Shown here: one piece after another, positions 57,566 to 64,000 of the stretch | Numbering within the stretch: position 1 is the stretch's first letter | Layout of the letters: each line of letters begins with the position of its first letter | Source of the DNA: an uncultured Spirochaetota bacterium | Lineage (GTDB): Bacteria; Spirochaetota; Spirochaetia; SZUA-6; DRHE01 | Direction of reading: 5' to 3' | DNA: 64,000 nucleotides | Assembly (NCBI GenBank): GCA_963736785.1 | Contig: CAVTQG010000053.1 | Coordinates: forward strand, 64,039-128,038 | Notes under the pieces: model-generated | Databases searched by the model: none | Told to the model about the DNA's origin: nothing | The model's input: the letters and a program-made list of their open reading frames with translations, nothing else | Translations under genes and position numbers: made by a program

Positions 57566-58968
57566 TGCCGGCGGAGCCTGGCGGCCAGTGGCCGGGCCAT
57601 GAGGTGCCAGCCGGCCAGGGTCACCAGCGAGACCGGGCGCGGCAGCTCCGCGCGGCATCCGCCCGGCGCCGGCAGCAGGCCGAGGCGCTCCAGTCTCTGC
57701 CGCAGGTTGCGCCGCAGCGAAAAACTTCCGTAATACAGCCGCAGGAAACGGGTGAGGAAGCGTTCCGGTTCCAGGCGGGTGGACACGATGGCGTGCAGGA
57801 AATCGTAGTGCTCGTAGGGTGAGCGGATCCGGCCGCGTTGCTCTTCGAACAGGATCGTGCCGGGAAGCGGGGTCAGGACCACGAAGAAGGGGTGGCTCAG
57901 GTTGGTACGGGCCACGAAGTCCGCCAGCGCGTCGAAGTCCTCTTCCGTGAAGTCCGGGTCCACCAGCAGGTGGGCCAGCGGGTTGATGTCCAGGCGGTGC
58001 AGGATGCGGATGGCCTCCTCGTTGACCCGGGTGTCGGTGCCCTTGGCCAGCCGGGCGAGCTGGCTGTCCCGGGCCGCCTCCACCCCGATGGTCAGGTCGC
58101 GCAGGCCGGCCGCTCGCCAGCGCTCGAAGAGCGCAGGGTGCCGGACCACCGTGTCGCACCGGGCATAACCGGCGTAGCGCCTGCCGGCGTCCTCCCGGCG
58201 GATCAGGCTGCAGAGCTCCTCGGCGCGCGAGGTGTCGGAGAAGGTGTGGTCGTCGGCGAAGAACACCCGCACCGGACCCCGCGGCAGGGCAGCCAGCTCC
58301 GCGGCCACATCCGCGGCCGGCCGCACGAGCACCCGGCCTCCGGCCGCCTTCCAGCAGGCGCAGAAGGTGCAGCGGTGGGGGCAGCCGCGGGCGGTGTTCA
58401 CCAGGTAGGTGGGGCGGCCCTTCTCGTCGCGGTAGCGGCGCCGGTAGCGGGCGGCCAGCTCGCGGCGGGGCAGGGGGATGTCCCGCGCCTCCGCCGGGGC
58501 CAGCGCGGTGTCCGCGCTCACCGGCCGCCCCTGGCGCAGGACGCTGACTCCGGCCAGGCGGCTGCCGTCGCCTCCGCTTTCCAGCTCGCGGATGTACCCG
58601 GGGAAGCTCCTGTCCGCCCAGCCCCGGAAAACGGCATCCACGTCGGGAGAGTGGAAGTCCTCCGGGACCAGCGTGGGGTGGTGCCCGCCCACGATGCGTT
58701 TGGCGGAGGGCAGGGTCCGGCGGACGCGCCGCAGGAGGTCCTGGGCAGCCCGGACGTGGATCGTGTTGTTTACGCTGACTCCCGCCAGGTCCGGCCGGAA
58801 CTCCTGCAGGCAGTGCGGCAGCTCCTCCTCCGGCTCGAAACGCAGGTCGAGAATGCGGACCTCGTGCTCCGGCACCGTCGCGGCCAGGACCTCCAGGGCC
58901 AGAGGCTCCATGGCGTCAGGGGCGATCGCTTCGGGATTTTTCGGCGGCTGGATCAGCAGGATCTTCAT
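57466..58968 (-). CDS. B12-binding-domain radical SAM protein (class B), function unknown
   Basis: MKILLIQPP... Rossmann-like cobalamin domain, CPHRCTFC (CxxxCxxC) cluster motif, 500 aa. The last ~33 codons are antisense to the isomerase gene. Confidence 0.85.
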   Translation of the reverse strand: MKILLIQPPKNPEAIAPDAMEPLALEVLAATVPEHEVRILDLRFEPEEELPHCLQEFRPDLAGVSVNNTIHVRAAQDLLRRVRRTLPSAKRIVGGHHPTLVPEDFHSPDVDAVFRGWADRSFPGYIRELESGGDGSRLAGVSVLRQGRPVSADTALAPAEARDIPLPRRELAARYRRRYRDEKGRPTYLVNTARGCPHRCTFCACWKAAGGRVLVRPAADVAAELAALPRGPVRVFFADDHTFSDTSRAEELCSLIRREDAGRRYAGYARCDTVVRHPALFERWRAAGLRDLTIGVEAARDSQLARLAKGTDTRVNEEAIRILHRLDINPLAHLLVDPDFTEEDFDALADFVARTNLSHPFFVVLTPLPGTILFEEQRGRIRSPYEHYDFLHAIVSTRLEPERFLTRFLRLYYGSFSLRRNLRQRLERLGLLPAPGGCRAELPRPVSLVTLAGWHLMARPLAARLRRHYLASSTTLMPSRKQRSFSSSTQSPGTAAKCWD

Positions 58969-58979
58969 GGTCCCGGTAC

Positions 58980-58995
58980 TGCAAGCGCCGTGCCA
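58980..58995 (-). promoter_or_regulatory. Consensus sigma-54 promoter TGGCACggcgcTTGCA
   Basis: Minus strand reads ccgccTGGCACGGCGCTTGCAgtaccgggaccATG. Full match to TGGCACG-N4-TTGCW. Only 12 nt separate the TTGC element from the ATG, and there is no SD. Confidence 0.75.
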
Positions 58996-59013
58996 GGCGG
59001 GTGTGTTCCTCTT

Positions 59014-59043
59014 ATTGCTTGGCAGGGGACGAATTGCTTGCAG
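59014..59043. repeat. Direct repeat ATTGCTTGGCAG ... ATTGCTTGCAG upstream of the sigma-54 promoter (candidate activator sites)
   Basis: Two copies 19 nt apart, 20-50 bp upstream of the -24 element. Confidence 0.3.
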
Positions 59044-59111
59044 CCGGGCTTGTCGGCAGGCCCGCGGCCCTGCAACGGGGGTTGCGGGCTGGAGTCGAAG
59101 GTTGCCGGCAG

Positions 59112-60527
59112 CTACGTCCCGGACTTGAGCCGCTTGTTCAGGGCCTGGTGGGAGATCCCGAGTAGGCCGGCGGCGATGCTCTGATTCCCGCCGGACCGCT
59201 TGAGGGCCTCCGCGATCAGCAGCTCCCGGACCTGCCGCAGGGTGGGGAGGCGGGCCGGGAAGACCGCGCTTTCGGCGGGCGAGGCCGCCGGAGCCGGCAA
59301 GCCGGGCGATGCCCCGGGCCTGGCCCGGTCCATCAGCTCCTGGAACGGGGCCAGGAGAAGCTCTCCCGCCGGGCTCATGGCCAGGGAATTGATCACCGCC
59401 TGGCGCAGCTCGCGGATATTGCCCGGAAACTCGCAGGCCTGCAGTTGCCTCACCAGCTCCGCGGGCACGGGCGGAATTTCCTTGCCCAGCTTCTCGGCCG
59501 CGTCACGGAGCAGGTCGGCGAGCAGCAGGGGCAGGTCGTCCGCGCGCTCCCGCAGCGGCGGGACGTGCAGCCGGTGGGTCGAGATCCGGTAGTAGAGGTC
59601 GTGGCGGAACTTCCCCTCGGCCATCCGCGCCTCCAGGTCCCGGTTGGTGGTGGCCACAATCCGGGCGGTGCTGCGCTTCGGCAGGTCGGCGCCGAGGGGC
59701 AGGTACTCGCCGGAGTCCAGCAGGCGCAGCAGCTTGACCTGGGAGGTCGGGCTCAGGTCCCCGATCTCGTCCAGCAGGAGCGTCCCGCCGTCCGCCTGCT
59801 GGACCATGCCGCGCAGCGCCTCCAGGGCGCCGGTATAGGCGCCCTTGTAGTGCCCGAAAAGGGTGTTGGCGAACTGCTCGTCGTCCATGCCGGCGACGTT
59901 GGCGGGGACGAACAGCCCCGCCCGCCCGCTCGACCGGTGCACGGCCCGGGCGATGCGCTCCTTGCCCACGCCCGTTTCCCCGGTGATCAGCACCGGTTCG
60001 CCGGAGCCGGCGATGGCCTCGATGATCAGGAAGACGGCGTGCATGGTCCGGTTGTTCGTGGTGATGTCCGCGAAGGCCTGCGGGTTGGACAGGGTGGGGG
60101 AGAGCAGCTTGCCTTTCAACCGGCTGCAGGTTCGCTCCAGCTGCCGGGCGGACAGGGCCTGCTTCACCCCGCCGGCCAGCCGGCTCTCCTCCACCGGCTT
60201 GACCATGTAATCGAAGGCCCCGGCGCGCATGCAGTCCACGGCCGCCCGCACCTCGTCCCTGGCGGTGACCACGATCACGGGGACCTGGGGGAAGCCGGCG
60301 CGGAGGTCCGCCAGCAGCCGCTCTCCGGGGATGTGGGGCAGCCCCAGGTCCAGCAGCACCGCCTCCGGATGGCGCGCGCCCACCAGCTCCAGCGCCTGCC
60401 GCTCGTCCGCGCAGCCCAGGACGTTGCCCAGGCCGTTGGCCTTGAGCATGGCGGTCAGGCTGGTCAGCACTGTCGGCTCGTCGTCCACGATCAGGATCAG
60501 CTCCTCGGAAACGGGAAGGGCGCTCAC
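59112..60527 (-). CDS. Sigma-54-dependent response regulator (REC + AAA+ + Fis HTH)
   Basis: LILIVDDEP...LLDLGLP receiver, VLITGETGVGKE, GAYTGA loop, HTH QSIAAGLLGISHQALNKRLK. The GTG start is 1 nt after the kinase stop. Confidence 0.9.
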   Translation of the reverse strand: MSALPVSEELILIVDDEPTVLTSLTAMLKANGLGNVLGCADERQALELVGARHPEAVLLDLGLPHIPGERLLADLRAGFPQVPVIVVTARDEVRAAVDCMRAGAFDYMVKPVEESRLAGGVKQALSARQLERTCSRLKGKLLSPTLSNPQAFADITTNNRTMHAVFLIIEAIAGSGEPVLITGETGVGKERIARAVHRSSGRAGLFVPANVAGMDDEQFANTLFGHYKGAYTGALEALRGMVQQADGGTLLLDEIGDLSPTSQVKLLRLLDSGEYLPLGADLPKRSTARIVATTNRDLEARMAEGKFRHDLYYRISTHRLHVPPLRERADDLPLLLADLLRDAAEKLGKEIPPVPAELVRQLQACEFPGNIRELRQAVINSLAMSPAGELLLAPFQELMDRARPGASPGLPAPAASPAESAVFPARLPTLRQVRELLIAEALKRSGGNQSIAAGLLGISHQALNKRLKSGT

Positions 60528-60528
60528 G

Positions 60529-63463
60529 CTACACCTCCGCGGGCAGGCTGACCGTGACCCGGGTGCCCTTGCCCGGCTGGGATGAGAAATCCAGCGTTCC
60601 CCCGTGCTCGGTCACGATCGTCTTGACGATGAACAGGCCCAGGCCCGTGCCGCCGGCCGCGCGGCGGGTGGTGAAGAAGGGCTCCTGGAGCCGGTCCAGG
60701 TGCTCGGGGGGGATGCCACAGCCCTCGTCGCTGACCTCGAGGCGCGCCTGCCGGCGGTCCCGCGCGCCGGCGGTGCGCACGGCGATCGCGCGCCCGCGGT
60801 CCGGCAGCGCCTGGCAGGCGTTCAGGATCAGGTTGATGACCACCTGCTCCAGCCGCTGGGCGTTGCCGGTGACCGCCGGCAGGTCCGGCTCCAGCTCCAG
60901 GGTGAAGCGCTCCGTGGCTTGCCGGACTTGCCTTCCGGTCAGCTCCACGGCGGAACGCACCACCCCGTTGACCTCCAGGCGGCCCATGACGGGGAACGGG
61001 TCCTCCCTGGCGAACGAGCGCAGGTTCTGCACGATCCCTTCGATCCGTCGCGCGCAACTCTGCAGGTCCTCCAGCAGCCGGGGGAAGATTTCCCGGAACT
61101 CCCGGTCGTCCAGGCCGGCGATTAGAAAGCCGCCATTGGCCAGCTGGTACTGCTCGAGCACCGCGATCAGGTCCGGGCAGGCCCGGGCCAGGAGGGCGGC
61201 GTTGGCCACGATCGCCTGGTTGGGACTGACGATCTCGTGGGCCATGGCGGCGAGCAGCACGCCCAGGGTGGTGAGCTTGTCGGCCTGCATCAGGCGCTGC
61301 AGGGCCTGGCGGTCCTTCTCCTCGCTCTTCCTGCGCTCCGTGATGTCGCGCAGGATGGCCACCTCGGCCGGCTGCCCGTGCCACACGGTCTGCGAGAAAC
61401 CCAGCTCCACCGGCACGCCGGGGCCCGCTTTGGAGCACAGCAGGACCTCAGCCGTGGCTGCTTCCCGCGGAAAGGCGGCGGGGTCCACCAGCCGGGAGAG
61501 CTCGAGGGCCAGCAGCTCCGCCCTGCCGTAGCCGGTGAGCTCGGCGGCCCGCCGGTTGGCGTACACCGGGACCCCCTTCCGCAGTATGAGGATGCCGTCC
61601 CGGGCGTTCTCCGCCAGCATCCAGAAGCCCGCCTCGGCGCGCTGGATGGCCTGGAGCATGCGGTTGAAGGCGCGGGCCAGGAAGCCGATCTCGTCGTGGA
61701 ACTGCGGGGCCACGCTGGCCTGCAGGTCCCCCGCTTCGGCCCGGCGCATGCCCTGCTCCAGCGCCCGCAGCGGCCGGAGCAGGTTGGTGCGGAACAGACG
61801 CGGAAAGGCGAACAGGATGAACAGGGTCGAGGCGGCGAGGATCACGGCCAGCAGGGACATGCGGTCGTGGAGGTAGCGCTGGTAGCCGGCCTCGTAGGAC
61901 TCGAAGACGACTGCCGGTCCGTCGCAGGAACAGGGGAGGCCGGCGGTGAAGCTCACTTCCTGCAGGGGCGCGTCCGGCAGGCCGGGATGGATTCCGGTCA
62001 GCCGCGGTCCGTAGGCGACCGCTTTTCCCTTGGAGCCGGGGTGGCGGCCCGTGGTCGTGGCCGTAGTGAAGTTGTACATCTGCACGGCCTGGTAGCGGCC
62101 TTGCGGGTCCAGCTCGGCAAAGGACATGCTGAAGGAACCGTCGCCGCGCAGCACAAGCTGCACCGTGTTGGAGTTCCGGTAGCCCAGTTCGGGCAGGCGG
62201 TACCAGGTCACCATCAGGGTGGCAGGCTCGGTTTTCACGAAGATCCCCCCGCCGGCCGCGGGATCCAGGTTCAGCAGGAGCGGGGCAATGGCCGGGTTCG
62301 GCCGGTAGCCGCCCCAGCCGTCCTCCTCAATCCTGTCCCCGAGATAGAGCATGGGGCAGTGCAGCACGTGAACCCGGGAATGCAGGCGTCCGAAAAAAGG
62401 AAAGGAGAACTCCAGGGGGATGCGCCCTCCGCTGGGGATGTCCAGCCGCTCGCCCAACTCCCTGTCGAAGCGCAGCGCCTGGCTCGCGATATCGTACCCG
62501 CCGGAGCCGTGTCCGGAGCCCCGGGGCGTGAAGACCAGCGTCCTCCCCAGGGGAAGCCGGCCCTGGGCGGAGTAGTCGGTTTCGGTGGCCTGGCCGGTGA
62601 GCAGCGCCACCAGTCCCAGGACGCTCAGCACCGGGAGCAGGGCCAGCCCCACCAGCTTCACCTGGATGCTGGAGGGTTCGGAGGTGTGGTTGAGGTAGGT
62701 GACGACGAAGCCGAAGTCGAACAATAAAAAAACCAGCCAGATCAGGTAGGTGGCCACCGGCAGGGGCAGGAAGCCGTAGGTCAGGAACACGTAGCCGGCG
62801 ACCGCCGCCACCGGCAGCAGCAGGAGCACGGCCAGGGAGCGAGCCGCGCGGGAGTCCTTGCCGTGCGGGTGGAGCAAGGCGGCCCACCATGGGCGCGACT
62901 TGCCGCCGGACAGGAGCACCGCCCGCCGGAACAGCAGGGTCACGATCAGGATCACCTTTCCGCCGGCGCTGGCGTACAGCAGCAGGTAGTAGGTCATCGT
63001 GAAGCGGAAGATGCTCCGCAGGCGCTCGAGGAACACGAAGTTGTAGACCGTCAGCGCCAGCATCGCCAGGTCCACGAGGAGGACGGCGGCCAGCACCCTC
63101 CGAAATTCGCGCTTCTGCGCCGCGGGCAGCCGGGGGAAGGTATAGGTGAACGCGAGCAGGGACAGGAGAGTGAGCGATGGGCCGATGTCCTGTAAGCAGC
63201 GGCACGAGGAGATTTTTCAGGTTGCGGGGTTGCCAGTACCAGGTCCCCGCGAACTCCAGCAGCGAGGGGAGCTGGAAGATCGCGGTGCCGCAGAAGGTCA
63301 GCCCCAGGCACAGGGTAGCCCGAGACCTGCTGGGGCGGCTGAGCAGGTAGACCGCGATGCAGAGGGACAAAACCACCGTCGCCAGACGGATGATGGAGCA
63401 GGAGTCCAGGTTGAGCCAGTAAGGCAGGAGCGCGATAAGAGCCTCCTCACCAGTATAAGGCAT
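60529..63463 (-). pseudogene. Sensor histidine kinase with a multi-TM N-terminal region, ~240-aa extracytoplasmic domain, HAMP, PAS, HisKA and HATPase; one frame break near 63195
   Basis: The N-terminus MPYTGEEALIALLPYWLNLD... (ORF 62327..63463) joins ORF 60529..63096 after the shift. HAMP DEIGFLARAFNRML, H-box MAHEIVSPNQAI, G-box GTGLGLFIVKTIV. Confidence 0.85.
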
Positions 63464-63522
63464 CGCGAGCGCGGCCGCCAGGGCAGACGGCGCGGGGCTT
63501 GACCGCGGAGCTGTGTTCGTTT

Positions 63523-64000
63523 ATGATCGATTTTAACAAAAACGAAGAAGGCGGTGCGGTGCTCCAGGCAAGGCGGTTCCGGGACATCCTGAAAACCCTC
63601 GAGAAGCAGGACTTCGTGCAGGTGGGCGACCTGGCCCGGCGCTTGGAGGTCTCGCCCATGACCGTCCGGCGCGACCTGGCCGAGCTGGAGCGGAAGGGCC
63701 TCCTGCTCCGCACGCACGGCGGGGCCTGCAAGGGGGAGGCCATCGAGAGCCTGTTCAGCTTCGACCGGCGCCTGCAGCGCGCCAGCGCCCAGAAGCAGGC
63801 CATCGGGAGGGCGGCCGCCCGCTTCGTGGAGGACGGGGACATCCTGTTCGTGGACTGCGGGACCACGCCCTTCAGCCTGTGCGCCCACCTGCGGCAGCGG
63901 AAGCGCCTGCGGGTCATCACCACCTCGCTGCCGGTGGCCGCCGCGCTGCTGCACGCTCCCGGCATTCGCCTCAGCCTGATCGGCGGGGAGGTGGTGGGCG
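63523..64000 (+). CDS. DeoR/GlpR-family transcriptional regulator, 5' part (runs off the window)
   Basis: FVQVGDLARRLEVSPMTVRRDLAELERKGLLLRTHGGA and the sugar-binding domain start DILFVDCGTT. The start is ATG 63523 or in-frame GTG 63559. Not in the track because it lacks a stop. Confidence 0.8.
   Translation, partial: MIDFNKNEEGGAVLQARRFRDILKTLEKQDFVQVGDLARRLEVSPMTVRRDLAELERKGLLLRTHGGACKGEAIESLFSFDRRLQRASAQKQAIGRAAARFVEDGDILFVDCGTTPFSLCAHLRQRKRLRVITTSLPVAAALLHAPGIRLSLIGGEVVG

Noticed and set aside
59017-59043. Plus-strand sigma-54-like element TGGCAG...TTGC within the direct repeats.
   Set aside because: The GG-to-GC spacing is 13 instead of 10 nt, and sigma-54 tolerates essentially no spacing change. 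It would also point antisense into the activator gene. Kept only as possible activator-binding repeats.
1-64000. CRISPR arrays, tRNA/rRNA genes, retron- or DGR-type repeats, prophage blocks.
   Set aside because: Reading through the intergenic and low-GC stretches (about 6870-6910, 22184-22240, 24830-24997, 41100-41444, 53770-54690), I found no regularly spaced direct repeats, cloverleaf-compatible sequences, reverse transcriptase or phage structural genes. A computational scan (tRNAscan, Infernal, CRISPR finders) would be needed to be certain.

Overview
Visibly GC-rich bacterial chromosomal window, almost fully coding on both strands. It is dominated by carbohydrate uptake and catabolism operons and by sigma-54-linked signalling.

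Gene order:
- Start of a kdp operon: kdpA N-terminus, kdpF, and an unlisted 32-aa membrane-peptide ORF.
- FAD oxidoreductase, then an AhpD-like gene and a deoxynucleoside kinase.
- One uninterrupted 690-aa ORF fusing an AlaX-type tRNA-editing domain to a class-III aminotransferase.
- LarA-like gene and vapBC.
- A GH2+GH1 operon divergent from a ROK regulator and a chitobiose-type operon (CUT1 binding protein, two permeases, GH94 phosphorylase, GH20, GH9, small lipoprotein).
- A sigma-54 response regulator flanked by two TGGCAT-N5-TTGC promoters. These drive a small ORF and a PilZ gene, with a cNMP-binding HD-GYP gene in between.
- A five-gene envelope cluster: Cys-tailed membrane protein, LolA-like, signal-anchored YidD-like, and two TPR/TM paralogs.
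- PPi-type PFK and an M20 amidohydrolase carrying a 24-bp tandem duplication.
- MtlD-like gene, an internally shortened DAG-kinase-like gene, and PlsC.
- A CUT1 ABC operon ending in a URO-D-like gene, then a fucose-isomerase-family gene and an MFS transporter.
- A low-GC leader, then a CUT2 ABC operon with a second URO-D-like paralog, Fe-ADH, lactonase, two SDRs and IclR.
- Aldehyde:ferredoxin oxidoreductase, a decayed IS91-like transposase relic, and an FGGY kinase with an intact isomerase paralog.
- A B12-binding radical SAM gene whose ATG abuts a consensus sigma-54 promoter. It sits downstream of its own sigma-54 response regulator and a large multi-TM histidine kinase.
- 5' part of a DeoR regulator.

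I saw no rRNA, tRNA or CRISPR array.

Roughly fifty reading-frame breaks can be traced by eye. They are strongly clustered in some genes, while about half of the coding sequence is perfectly intact. Disrupted genes are reported over their full reconstructed span.

Best candidates for something undescribed:
- The histidine kinase / sigma-54 activator / leaderless radical SAM module.
- The sigma-54 / c-di-GMP micro-regulon.
- The URO-D-like enzymes that terminate two unrelated sugar ABC operons.
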